In this document: positions 1 to 9,963 of the stretch, piece after piece
Numbering within the stretch: position 1 is the stretch's first letter
How the letters are laid out: every line of letters starts with the position of its first letter
Assembly (NCBI RefSeq): GCF_000441555.1
Contig: NC_021885.1
Coordinates: 210,001-242,000 of the forward strand
From: Candidatus Profftella armatura
GTDB taxonomy: Bacteria > Pseudomonadota > Gammaproteobacteria > Burkholderiales > Burkholderiaceae
Direction of reading: 5' to 3'
Length of the DNA stretch: 32,000 nt
Program-made: the position numbers and the translations under genes
The notes under the pieces: generated by a model
Databases searched by the model: none
Told to the model about the DNA's origin: nothing
Seen by the model: only the letters and a program-made list of their open reading frames with translations

Positions 1-7
1 AAAAAAA

Positions 8-2680
8 ATGAAAGAAACCACTAAAGATTCTGATATAGTAGAAACAAAAGAATGGATTTCGGCATTAAAGTCTGTAATTAAGATAGAGGGACCTAATAGG
101 GCATATTATTTAATAAAAAAAATGATAAAATTCTTATTGCGCCATGGAATGAATGTTCCTTTATTTAAAAATACAGCATATATTAATACAATATCAAATA
201 ATTTTGATGATGATTTTCCGGGAAATATTAAAATTGAAGAGCATTTACAATCATTGATACGCTGGAATGCAATGGCATTAGTAATTAGAGCCAATAAGAT
301 TGATAGTAGTTTAGGTGGACATTTGTCAAGTTTTGCTTCGTTAGCTCATATCCTAGAAATTGGATTTAATCATTTTTGGAGAGCCCCAACTCATAGTCAT
401 GGAGGAGACTTAATATATATACAAGGTCATTCTGCTCCAGGTGTCTATGCTAGAGCTTTTCTTGAGGGTCGATTAACCGAAGAACAAATGATAAATTTTC
501 GTCAAGAAGTTGATGGTTATGGTTTATCATCTTATCCTCACCCTAAATTAATGCCGAAATTTTGGCAATTTCCAACAGTTTCAATGGGATTAGGGCCATT
601 AACAGCAATTCATCAGGCGCGTTTTTTAAAATATCTACATGCTCGTAAAATTACTAATACAATAAATAGAAAAATTTGGATTCTTTGTGGGGATGGAGAA
701 ATGGATGAACCAGAATCAATAAGTGAAATTAGTATGGCTGCTCGTGAAAAACTTGATAATTTAATAATGATTGTAAATTGCAATCTTCAAAGATTAGATG
801 GACCAGTACGGGGAAATAGTAAAATTATTCAAGAATTAGAAGCTCATTTTTATGGAGTTGGGTGGAATGTTATTAAAGTAATTTGGAGTAGTAGTTGGGA
901 TAAATTATTAAAATGTGATCAAAATGGTATTCTTAAAAAGATAATGATGGATACTCTTGACGGAGAATATCAAAATTATAGATCTAAAAATAGTGATTTT
1001 ATACGTAAAAATTTTTTTGGAAAACATCCGAAATTATTAAAAATGATCGAAGAAATGTCAGATGAAGATATTTGGAATCTTACTTTTGGTGGACATGATT
1101 TACGTAAAATTTATTCAGCATTTAAAATGGCGCAAAAAAATAAAGATAAACCAACCGTATTGCTTATTAAAAGCATTAAAGGTTATGGATTAGGAAGATT
1201 TGGAGAAGCTCGTAATACGGCGCATAACATAAAAAAAATTGATCACCAAGGAATAAAGAGTATACGTGATTTTTTAAAATTACCTATTCCAGATTCAGAA
1301 TTATCATTAGTTCCATTTTATAAACCATCTAAAAATTCTCCAGAAATTCAATATTTAAAAAATTGTAGAAAAAAATTAGGCGGTTATTTACCAAAACGTC
1401 GCCAAAAATCTGATGAAAAATTATTAATTCCACCATTAGAAGCTTTCAAAAAAATTCTAGAACCTACTTTAAATGAAAGAAAAATTTCTACTACATATGC
1501 TTATGTCCGTATTTTAAATACTATACTTCGTGATAAAAATATTGGAAATCGCGTTGTTCCTATTTTGGTTGATGAATCACGTACTTTTGGTATGGAAGGT
1601 TTATTTAGACAAATTGGAATTTTTAGTCAAGTTGGGCAATTATATGATCCAGTTGATAAAGATCAAGTTATATATTATCGTGAAGAAAAAAATGGACAAA
1701 TTCTTCAAGAAGGAATTAATGAAGCGGGAGGTATGGGGTCATGGATTGCAGCTGCTACATCATATTCTACTAGTAATTGTATTATGATTCCATTCTTTAC
1801 TTTCTATTCAATGTTTGGATTACAACGAATAGGAGATTTAGCATGGTTAGCTGGAGATATACGTGCTAGAGGATTTTTAATAGGAGGAACTTCTGGACGA
1901 ACAACAATTAATGGTGAGGGGCTTCAGCATGAAGATGGTCATAGTCATGTATTAGCATCTACAATTCCAAATTGTATACCTTATGATCCAACATTTGCCC
2001 ATGAAGTAGCGATAATTATACATCACGGATTACATTGTATGATCTCCAATCAAGAAGATGTCTTTTATTATATTACAGTCATGAATGAAAATTATAGTCA
2101 TCCCGGACTAAAAAAAGGACAAGAAAAAGGTATTATAAAAGGTTTATATCTATTAAAAAATCATAATAATGAAAAATCAAAACTAAAAGTTCAATTAATT
2201 GGATCAGGAGCTATTTTAAGAGAAATATTAGCTTCTAAAATTTTATTACAAGAATGGGATATAGATTCAGCTGTATGGTCAGCTACTTCATTTACTTTAT
2301 TAGCTCGTGATGGGCAAGAAACTGAGCGATGGAATATGTTACATCCAACAAAAAAACAAAAAGTTGCATATATTACTAAATCTCTTGAAAAATCAATTGG
2401 ACCTATTATTGTGGCTACTGATTATATGCGATTATTTGCAGAACAAGTTAGAGCATTTATACCAAAAGGAAGAATATATAAAGTATTGGGTACTGATGGA
2501 TTTGGTTGTTCCGATACTCGTAAAAAATTACGAGATTTTTTTGAAGTAAGCCGATATTATATTGTAATTGCAGCGCTTAATTCGCTCGCTAAAGAAAATT
2601 TAATCAAATTCTCAATAGTTTCCGAAGCAATTAAAAAATATAATATTAACACAAAAAAACAAAGTCCTTTTTCAATATAA
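8..2680 (+). CDS. aceE: Pyruvate dehydrogenase E1 component (homodimeric AceE type)
   Basis: 890-aa ORF. The N-terminus (ETKEWISALKSVIKIEG) and internal blocks (GHLSSFAS; ThDP-binding GDGEMDEPES...NCNLQRLDGP) are colinear with E. coli AceE. The E2 gene follows directly. Confidence 0.96.
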   Translation: MKETTKDSDIVETKEWISALKSVIKIEGPNRAYYLIKKMIKFLLRHGMNVPLFKNTAYINTISNNFDDDFPGNIKIEEHLQSLIRWNAMALVIRANKIDSSLGGHLSSFASLAHILEIGFNHFWRAPTHSHGGDLIYIQGHSAPGVYARAFLEGRLTEEQMINFRQEVDGYGLSSYPHPKLMPKFWQFPTVSMGLGPLTAIHQARFLKYLHARKITNTINRKIWILCGDGEMDEPESISEISMAAREKLDNLIMIVNCNLQRLDGPVRGNSKIIQELEAHFYGVGWNVIKVIWSSSWDKLLKCDQNGILKKIMMDTLDGEYQNYRSKNSDFIRKNFFGKHPKLLKMIEEMSDEDIWNLTFGGHDLRKIYSAFKMAQKNKDKPTVLLIKSIKGYGLGRFGEARNTAHNIKKIDHQGIKSIRDFLKLPIPDSELSLVPFYKPSKNSPEIQYLKNCRKKLGGYLPKRRQKSDEKLLIPPLEAFKKILEPTLNERKISTTYAYVRILNTILRDKNIGNRVVPILVDESRTFGMEGLFRQIGIFSQVGQLYDPVDKDQVIYYREEKNGQILQEGINEAGGMGSWIAAATSYSTSNCIMIPFFTFYSMFGLQRIGDLAWLAGDIRARGFLIGGTSGRTTINGEGLQHEDGHSHVLASTIPNCIPYDPTFAHEVAIIIHHGLHCMISNQEDVFYYITVMNENYSHPGLKKGQEKGIIKGLYLLKNHNNEKSKLKVQLIGSGAILREILASKILLQEWDIDSAVWSATSFTLLARDGQETERWNMLHPTKKQKVAYITKSLEKSIGPIIVATDYMRLFAEQVRAFIPKGRIYKVLGTDGFGCSDTRKKLRDFFEVSRYYIVIAALNSLAKENLIKFSIVSEAIKKYNINTKKQSPFSI

Positions 2681-2711
2681 ATATAATAAAATTTTATAGA
2701 ATATAATACAT

Positions 2712-3923
2712 ATGAAAAAAATAATAAAAGTTCCTAATATTGGAGATCTTTCAGAAGTAGAAGTGATAGAATTAATGGTAAAAATAGGTGATACCATAAA
2801 AATTGATCAATCTTTATTAGTTGTTGAATCAGAAAAAGTAAGCATGGAAATTCCTTCCAGTCATAATGGAGTGGTTAGAGAGATAAAAGTCAAAGTTGGA
2901 GATAAAATTTCTAAAGATTCACAAATATTAATTTTAGAAGAAAAAGAAAATACAATAAATATTCAATCTCCCCCAGAAGAATTAAATAATTTTTCTAAAA
3001 TAAATTCTTTACCGTTGTCTTTAGAAGATTCTATAAATATACATGCATCGCCCTCGGTTCGTAAATTTGCTCGTGAGATGGGGGTTGATCTTAAAAAGAT
3101 TACTCTTCGTACCGGTCCTAAGAATCGTATTTTAAAAGAAGATGTTAAAAATTATATATTAAAAAATAAAAAAATATCTTCAGAAAATATGAAAAAAAAA
3201 GAATGTTTATTTTCAGATTTTTCAAAATTTGGAAATATTGAATTTCAACCATTATCACATATTACAAAAATAAGCGGTCAAAATTTATATCGTACTTGGA
3301 CTACAATTCCTCATGTAACACAATTCGACGAAGCTGATGTAACTGAATTAGAAAAATTTCGTAAAAATTCTAATAATATCTCTGAATCTGATACAAAACT
3401 TACAATTTTATCATTTATTATTAAATCTGTTGTTTATATTTTAAAAAAATATCCAAAATTTAATTCTTCTCTTGATTCATCCGGGGAGAATTTAATTCTT
3501 AAAAAATATTATCACATAGGTTTTGCTGTGGATACAAAATATGGTTTAATGGTACCAGTAATTAAAAATGCAGACCAAAAAACAATTACTCAAATTTCTC
3601 AAGAAATTATTAATTTATCAAAGAAAGCGCGTAAAAATATGCTTAATTTATCAAATATACAAGGATCAACTTTTACTATTTCATCTTTAGGGGGAATTGG
3701 AGGAACCGCATTTACTCCAATTATTAATTCACCAGAAGTTGCTATTCTTGGAGTATCTAAGATAGTACTTAAACCTGTATGGGATAATACTAAATTTATA
3801 CCTAGAATGATGCTACCACTATCATTATCATATGATCATAGAGTAATTGATGGGGCTATGAGCGCTAATTTTTCTAAATCATTAAGTAATATTTTATCAG
3901 ATATAAGAAAAATTATATTATAA
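2712..3923 (+). CDS. aceF: Dihydrolipoamide acetyltransferase (PDH E2) with a single lipoyl domain
   Basis: 403 aa. It has one lipoyl domain (lipoyl-Lys box VVESEKVSMEIPS), an E3-binding domain (ASPSVRKFAREMGVDLKKI) and a catalytic domain with the SLSYDHRVIDGA (DHRxxDG) motif. Confidence 0.95.
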   Translation: MKKIIKVPNIGDLSEVEVIELMVKIGDTIKIDQSLLVVESEKVSMEIPSSHNGVVREIKVKVGDKISKDSQILILEEKENTINIQSPPEELNNFSKINSLPLSLEDSINIHASPSVRKFAREMGVDLKKITLRTGPKNRILKEDVKNYILKNKKISSENMKKKECLFSDFSKFGNIEFQPLSHITKISGQNLYRTWTTIPHVTQFDEADVTELEKFRKNSNNISESDTKLTILSFIIKSVVYILKKYPKFNSSLDSSGENLILKKYYHIGFAVDTKYGLMVPVIKNADQKTITQISQEIINLSKKARKNMLNLSNIQGSTFTISSLGGIGGTAFTPIINSPEVAILGVSKIVLKPVWDNTKFIPRMMLPLSLSYDHRVIDGAMSANFSKSLSNILSDIRKIIL

Positions 3924-3979
3924 TTTAAATATTTTACTTAATAGAATAATTTACTAACATAGAATATAAAAATATTTAT

Positions 3980-4600
3980 TATAAATTAAACGGATTATAC
4001 TTTTGTATTTCGATTGGTGATTTATGTCCTAACATTGGTTGTATTTAATTTAAATTATTATTATATACAGATAAAATTATAACCTAATCAGAAAAATAAA
4101 AAACTAGAAATAAATATTAAAAAATCGCACAATTGAAAAAAAAGTATTATTACTAACTTAAAAAATGATTTAAATAAATTAGTAAAATATATAATATAAT
4201 TTTAATTAGTAATATAACATTTAATTCTGACAAATAACATTTAATTCTGATAACAGCATAATCGCAGAAATAGTTTATAAAAAATAATTATATTCTTAAA
4301 ATTAAAAATATGATTATCAACGATTTACTAATTTAACTTATTCATTAGAATTTAATCAAATCCCAAAAATATGTTAATTATAGGAAGAGAAATTGTTGAG
4401 TTAGAATGTCTTTTCATATCTCTATAATCATCAATTCCATTTTCATAAATGTAATTGATACATTAAAAAATATATTTAAAAAATAAGTTTTAAAAATAGA
4501 ATCTTTTTAGAAAGAATTATTTGTTACATTTTAAATTAATAAAAATAATTTTACTTATTCAACTAAATAAAAATTTTTTGATATCGTACAGTGAATAGTA
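3980..4600 (+). pseudogene. lpdA: Eroded relic of dihydrolipoamide dehydrogenase (PDH E3, lpdA), with multiple frameshifts, stops and deletions
   Basis: Colinear fragments lie in different frames. 4013-4075 reads IGDLCPNIGCI*FKLLLYTDKII (compare [23 protein letters not shown], the redox disulfide). 4371-4424 reads MLIIGREIVELECLF (compare LLVMGGGIIGLEMGT, the NAD GxGxxG). 4421-4486 reads SLIIINSIFINVIDTLKNIFKK (compare GSQIDVVEMFDQVIP...). 4574-4591 reads KFFDIVQ (compare IFAIGDIVGQ). The position after aceF matches the aceEF-lpd operon order. Confidence 0.55.
4214..4250. repeat. Short tandem duplication: 17-bp 'ataacatttaattctga' twice with a 20-bp period
   Basis: Read directly at 4214-4230 and 4234-4250. 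It lies inside the lpdA relic spacer. Confidence 0.8.
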
Positions 4601-4699
4601 TTTAATAAATCAATAAGTAAAACTAAATAGCTATTCAAAACATATCTAATTATATAGAATGATCAATTATTCTGTATCCAGAAATAACAATAAAAATAA

Positions 4700-4774
4700 T
4701 AGTGATAGGTGGATTTGAACCACCGACCTCAGCGTTATGAGTGCTGTGCTCTAACCAAGCTAAGCTATATCACC
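4700..4774 (-). tRNA. tRNA with CAU anticodon, most like elongator tRNA-Met (tRNA-Ile2/lysidine not excluded)
   Basis: The reverse complement, GGTGATATAGCTTAGCTTGGTTAGAGCACAGCACTCATAACGCTGAGGTCGGTGGTTCAAATCCACCTATCACTA, folds as a cloverleaf. The anticodon loop is CTCATAA and the T-loop is GGTTCAAATCC. It closely resembles E. coli metT. No CCA is encoded. Confidence 0.85.
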
Positions 4775-4833
4775 AAGATAATAAAAGTGTTGTAGATATA
4801 ATTATATCAAAAAATATAATAAATGAAAATATC

Positions 4834-5780
4834 CTAAAATATATCTTTTATAAGATTTAGTATTTTTTGTACGCAATTTTTTTCTAAACAATCAATGGTA
4901 ATTTTTTCATTCATATTACGAAGCCATGTTAATTGTTGTTTTGCTAATTGTCTAGTAGCTATGATACTTTTTTCTTTTAAAGTATTTCGATCAATTAAAC
5001 CATCTATATATTCCCATGTTTGACGGTATCCTATACATTTCATTGAAGGTAAATTTAGGTTTAAATTCCATTTTTTACGTATTTTTTTAACTTCATTAAT
5101 CAATAAATCTTGATCAAGCATTTTCTTAAAACGATCTGAAATTCTTTTATGAAGGATATGGCGATTAGATGGTTCTAAAGAAATTAATAATAAGCGATAA
5201 GGTAATTTTTGTAACACATTATTTTTATTAAAAAAAAAGATATAGGTTTTCCGGTAATTTCAATAACTTCTAAGGCTCGTTGAATTCTTTGTTTATCTTG
5301 TGGATTTAAACGATTAGCTGTAACTGGATCTAATAATTTTAATTTATCATATAAAAATGATATACCATATTTATTGATATCGATATTAAATTTCGTACGT
5401 AATTTTAAGTTAGCTGGAGGTAATTTATTTATTCCATCACGCAAAGCTTTAAAATATAACATAGTTCCTCCTACCAATAAAGGTAATTTTTTTTTTTTTA
5501 AAATATTTTTAATTGAAAATAATGCATCTTCACAAAATTGAATCACTGAATATGACTTAGTTGGCTCAATAATATCTATTAAATGATGAGGTGTTATTTC
5601 TCTTTCAATAATACTGGGTTTATTTGTACCAATATCCATATCACAATAAACTAAAGCTGAATCAATAGAGATAATTTCACATGGTATATATTCTGATATT
5701 TTAAGTGCAACAGAAGATTTTCCAGAGGCAGTGGGTCCTAAAATTGCAACTACGTATGGTTTATTTTTGATATATTTCAT
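4834..5780 (-). pseudogene. miaA: tRNA dimethylallyltransferase MiaA, split by a 1-nt frameshift in a T9 homopolymer (two ORFs: 5184-5780 and 4834-5217)
   Basis: The N-terminal ORF carries the P-loop GPTASGKS and ...EITGKPIS. The C-terminal ORF (LPYRLLLISLEPSNRHILHKRISDRFKKML) continues MiaA colinearly. The two frames meet at the coding-strand T9 run (plus-strand A9, 5230-5238). A tenth T would fuse them into a roughly 310-aa protein. Confidence 0.85.
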
Positions 5781-5995
5781 AAAAAATATTTTATTTAAAA
5801 GAAATTTAATTGAATTTATTTTTTATAATTTTTTTAAAGTATTTATTTATTTTAAATATATAAAAAGTTTATTTAAAATATTAAAATACCTTTAGTTTTT
5901 CGAAAAAGTAGTTTACTATATAGTTAAAATATTGATTACATATAAAATTTTATGAAATTTAAAACCTTATAACAAAATATAAAATTAATTAAAAA

Positions 5996-6871
5996 ATGTT
6001 AAGTAATATAATAAAAAAATATAAAATATTTTTATTGTTTATCTTTCCTTTATTTTTTGAGGGGTGTAAAGCTGTTTTATTATCTCCATCTGGTGATATT
6101 GCATTACAACAACGTAATATTATTATTACTTCAACAATTTTAATATTAATAATTATTGTTCCAGTAATTTTTTTAACAATTTTTTTTAGTTGGTATTATC
6201 GATCATCTAATATTAATGCTACTTATTCTCCGGAATGGGGGGATTCAAATAAATTAGAATATTTAATTTGGTCTATACCGATACTTATTATAATGATACT
6301 TGGTACAATTACATGGATAAGCACACATAAACTAGATCCATATCAACCATTATCTCGTATTAGTAATAAATACAATATACCACCTAATATAAAACCATTA
6401 ATAGTGGAAGTAGTATCACTAGACTGGAAATGGTTATTTTTTTATCCACAACAAGGTATTGCAACAATTAATGAATTAGCTGCCCCAATCAATTATCCAA
6501 TTGAATTTAAAATTACATCATCTAATATGATGAATTCTTTTTTTATACCTGCGTTGGCTGGACAAATTTATACTATGCCAGGAATGGAAACTAAATTACA
6601 CGCAGTAATTAATAAAATTGGTAAATATGAAGGATTTTCTTCTAATTACAGTGGATTAGGATTCTCTGGAATGAGGTTTAAATTTTATGGAATGAATAAA
6701 AAAAATTTTAATCTATGGATAAAAAATATAAAAAATAATACTCCTAAAATTGTTTTAAATAAAGAGATTTATACTCAACTTTTAAAACCTAGTCAATATG
6801 ATCCTGTTTATTATTATGCTAATGTTTCACCTAATTTATATAAATTTATTCTTGATAATAAAAAAGAATAA
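5996..6871 (+). CDS. cyoA: Cytochrome o (bo3) ubiquinol oxidase subunit II
   Basis: 291 aa. It has an N-terminal signal with a lipobox-like ...FEGC, two TM helices and a cupredoxin-fold C-terminus colinear with CyoA. It is the first gene of cyoABCD. Confidence 0.92.
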   Translation: MLSNIIKKYKIFLLFIFPLFFEGCKAVLLSPSGDIALQQRNIIITSTILILIIIVPVIFLTIFFSWYYRSSNINATYSPEWGDSNKLEYLIWSIPILIIMILGTITWISTHKLDPYQPLSRISNKYNIPPNIKPLIVEVVSLDWKWLFFYPQQGIATINELAAPINYPIEFKITSSNMMNSFFIPALAGQIYTMPGMETKLHAVINKIGKYEGFSSNYSGLGFSGMRFKFYGMNKKNFNLWIKNIKNNTPKIVLNKEIYTQLLKPSQYDPVYYYANVSPNLYKFILDNKKE

Positions 6872-6935
6872 ATTATATAAAATTAATGATAATACTTTTT
6901 TAAAAATAACATTTCTATTTTAAAATTATAATTTT

Positions 6936-8924
6936 ATGTTTAAAAATATAAATTTTTATAAATTAATATTAGGACGTCTTACTTGGGACGCAATTCCTTT
7001 ACATGACCCAATTTTATTAGTTACTTTTTTTATGGTTCTAATAGTTGGTTTAACTATACTTGGATTAATAACTTATTACCGAATTTGGGGTTATATATGG
7101 AAAGAATGGTTTACTAGTATTGATCATAAAAAAATTGGTATCATGTATATTATTCTGGGCTTAGTTATGTTATTCCGAGGATTTACAGATGCTGTTATGA
7201 TGCGTCTGCAACAAGCAATTTCTTTTGGGAGTTCTTTCGGTTATTTACCTCCAGAACATTATAACCAAATCTTTACTGCGCATGGTGTAATTATGATATT
7301 TTTTGTTGCTATGCCATTGGTTACTGGAATAATAAATTTTATCGTTCCATTACAAATTGGAGCAAGAGATGTCGCGTTTCCCTTTTTAAATAATCTTAGC
7401 TTTTGGATGACTTCTGGTGGAGCTATACTCGTAATGATTTCTTTATTTATTGGAGAATTTGCAAGTACCGGATGGCTTGGTTATCCACCCCTTTCTGGTA
7501 TTGCTCAAAGCCCAGGAGTTGGAGTAGATTATTATATCTGGTCATTACAAATTGCTGGTATTGGTACATTGTTATCTGGTATTAATATGATTGCCACTAT
7601 TATTAAGATGCGAGCACCAGGAATGAAATTAATGAATATGCCAATTTTTACATGGACTGCATTATGTACTAATATATTAATTGTTGCTGCTTTTCCTGTG
7701 CTAACTTCTGTATTATTTTTATCTACATTAGATCGTTACATTGGTACTCATTTTTTTACTAATGATCTTGGGGGGAATATTATGATGTATGTTAATCTTA
7801 TATGGATTTGGGGGCATCCTGAAGTATATATTTTAGTATTACCGGTATTCGGTATTTTTTCTGAAGTAGTATCAACTTTTAGCAGTAAACGATTATTTGG
7901 TTATTCTTCTATGGTTTATGCTACAGTTGTAATCACTTTATTATCTTATATAGTTTGGTTACATCATTTTTTTACTATGGGGTCTGGCGCTAATGTTAAT
8001 GCATTTTTTGGTATAACTACTATGATTATTTCAATACCAACTGGTGCAAAAATATTTAATTGGCTTTTTACTATGTATCGTGGTCGTATTCGATTTGAAG
8101 TACCAATACTATGGACTATAGGTTTTATGATAACATTTGTTATTGGGGGAATGGCTGGAGTTATATTAGCAGTTCCAGCAGCAAATTTTTTATTACATAA
8201 TAGTTTATTTTTAGTTGCTCATTTTCATAATGTAATTATTGGAGGTGTATTATTTGGTTTAATGTCTGGAATAAATTACTGGTTTCCAAAAGCATTTGGC
8301 TATAAATTAGAACCATTTTGGGGGAAATGTTCATTTTGGTTTTGGTTAATTGGTTTTTATGTTGCATTTATGCCATTATATATACTTGGTTTTATGGGAG
8401 TTACTCGTCGCATGAGTCATTTTGAAGATATTTCACTACAAATTTGGTTTCAAATTGCCGCGTTTGGTACTCTTTTAATAGCAATGGGAATTCTTAGTTT
8501 TATAATACAATTAATCGTTAGTTATCGTAAACGACATACATTAATTGATATTACAGGAGACCCATGGAATGGTAGAACTTTAGAGTGGTCCACATCCTCT
8601 CCTCCACCAGTTTATAATTTCGCATTTATACCATTAATACATCAATCTGATTCTTGGTGGTATATGAAAAAAAATAATTTTAAGTTTCCGAAAGATAAAT
8701 TTCAAGATATTCTTATGCCAAAAAATACTAATATTGGAATTTTAATTTCTATTTTTTCTTTAATTATGGGATTTGCGTTAGTATGGCATATGTGGTTATT
8801 AACTATAATATCATTTATTATTACACTAATAATAGTGATATATAATACTTTTAATTATAAAAGAAACTATTATATTTCTTCTGAAGAAATAACTTGTATT
8901 GAAAAAAAACGTATAAGATTATGA
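6936..8924 (+). CDS. cyoB: Cytochrome o ubiquinol oxidase subunit I (heme-copper oxidase)
   Basis: 662 aa. It has multiple TM helices and the hallmark blocks [21 protein letters not shown] and [11 protein letters not shown]. Confidence 0.97.
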   Translation: MFKNINFYKLILGRLTWDAIPLHDPILLVTFFMVLIVGLTILGLITYYRIWGYIWKEWFTSIDHKKIGIMYIILGLVMLFRGFTDAVMMRLQQAISFGSSFGYLPPEHYNQIFTAHGVIMIFFVAMPLVTGIINFIVPLQIGARDVAFPFLNNLSFWMTSGGAILVMISLFIGEFASTGWLGYPPLSGIAQSPGVGVDYYIWSLQIAGIGTLLSGINMIATIIKMRAPGMKLMNMPIFTWTALCTNILIVAAFPVLTSVLFLSTLDRYIGTHFFTNDLGGNIMMYVNLIWIWGHPEVYILVLPVFGIFSEVVSTFSSKRLFGYSSMVYATVVITLLSYIVWLHHFFTMGSGANVNAFFGITTMIISIPTGAKIFNWLFTMYRGRIRFEVPILWTIGFMITFVIGGMAGVILAVPAANFLLHNSLFLVAHFHNVIIGGVLFGLMSGINYWFPKAFGYKLEPFWGKCSFWFWLIGFYVAFMPLYILGFMGVTRRMSHFEDISLQIWFQIAAFGTLLIAMGILSFIIQLIVSYRKRHTLIDITGDPWNGRTLEWSTSSPPPVYNFAFIPLIHQSDSWWYMKKNNFKFPKDKFQDILMPKNTNIGILISIFSLIMGFALVWHMWLLTIISFIITLIIVIYNTFNYKRNYYISSEEITCIEKKRIRL

Positions 8925-9565
8925 TATCTAAAACTACTAATAATTTCTCTAAAAATTGCTTAAAAAATAAAAAAAATATAAATTACTATATAACTAATAC
9001 TTCGAATCATGAAAATTCTACTATTTTAGGATTTTGGTTGTATTTAATGAGTGATTGTTTAATATTTTCATCTTTATTTGCAATTTATGCTGTATTAGGT
9101 CATAATTACGCAGAAGGACCGACTGCAATTCAAATATTTAAACTTCCATCGGTTGCTTTAAATACAATAATTTTATTATTATCTTCATTAAGTTGCGGTT
9201 TTGCAATAATACAAGCACAAAAAAAATATGTAAATGGGGTTATTTTTTGGTTATCAATTACTGCTTTATTGGGATTTTTTTTTGTTATTTTGGAATTAAA
9301 TGAATTTATAGAATTAATTAATAGAAATTTTGGTCCATGGCGGAGTGCTTTTTTATCATCATTTTTTGTTTTAGTGGGTATGCATGGATTACATATTATT
9401 TTTGGTATAATATGGTTAATTACTTTAATTTTACAAATTAAAAAATATAATTTGATTTTGGAAAATCAACGTAGAATAATTTGTTTATCTATGTTTTGGC
9501 ATTTTTTAGATATTATCTGGATTGGTATATTTACATTTATATACTTAATCGGAACATTATCATAA
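8921..9565 (+). CDS. cyoC: Cytochrome o ubiquinol oxidase subunit III
   Basis: 214 aa. [23 protein letters not shown] matches the CyoC N-terminal helix. It overlaps cyoB by 4 bp (ATGA). Confidence 0.93.
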   Translation: MISKTTNNFSKNCLKNKKNINYYITNTSNHENSTILGFWLYLMSDCLIFSSLFAIYAVLGHNYAEGPTAIQIFKLPSVALNTIILLLSSLSCGFAIIQAQKKYVNGVIFWLSITALLGFFFVILELNEFIELINRNFGPWRSAFLSSFFVLVGMHGLHIIFGIIWLITLILQIKKYNLILENQRRIICLSMFWHFLDIIWIGIFTFIYLIGTLS

Positions 9566-9571
9566 ATTTAA

Positions 9572-9955
9572 ATGATTTTTATAAAAATAAATATGTACAA
9601 TCAAAAAAATAAAAATAATTTATACAAAAATCTTTTTTTTATTGGAACAATAAAAGATTATATAACTGGTTTTTTTTTGTCATTAATTTTAACAGTTATC
9701 CCATTTATAATTTATTTTAATAAAAATAATAATTTTTTAAATCTAAATTTAATTAAATTTATAATTTTAAGTTGCGCGATTTTACAAATAATTATTCATA
9801 TGATTTATTTTCTTCACATGAATATTAAATCTGAAAACGGATGGATTATATTATCGTTTATTTTTACGTTAATATTAATAATAATTATGTTTTTTGGATC
9901 AATTTGGGTTATGTATCATTTAAATCATAATATGATGCCTAATATGAAAAACTAA
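9572..9955 (+). CDS. cyoD: Cytochrome o ubiquinol oxidase subunit IV
   Basis: YITGFFLSLILTVIPF...FLHMNIKSENGW...GSIWVMYHLNHNMM is colinear with E. coli CyoD. An alternative start is ATG 9593. Confidence 0.85.
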   Translation: MIFIKINMYNQKNKNNLYKNLFFIGTIKDYITGFFLSLILTVIPFIIYFNKNNNFLNLNLIKFIILSCAILQIIIHMIYFLHMNIKSENGWIILSFIFTLILIIIMFFGSIWVMYHLNHNMMPNMKN

Positions 9956-9963
9956 ATAAGGAT

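Noticed and set aside
4700-4774. The CAU-anticodon tRNA as the initiator tRNA-fMet.
   Set aside because: It has a paired G1:U72 rather than the C1xA72 mismatch. It also lacks the three consecutive G:C pairs at the base of the anticodon stem (the stem is CAGCA/CGCTG). It resembles elongator Met, and Ile2 is not excluded.
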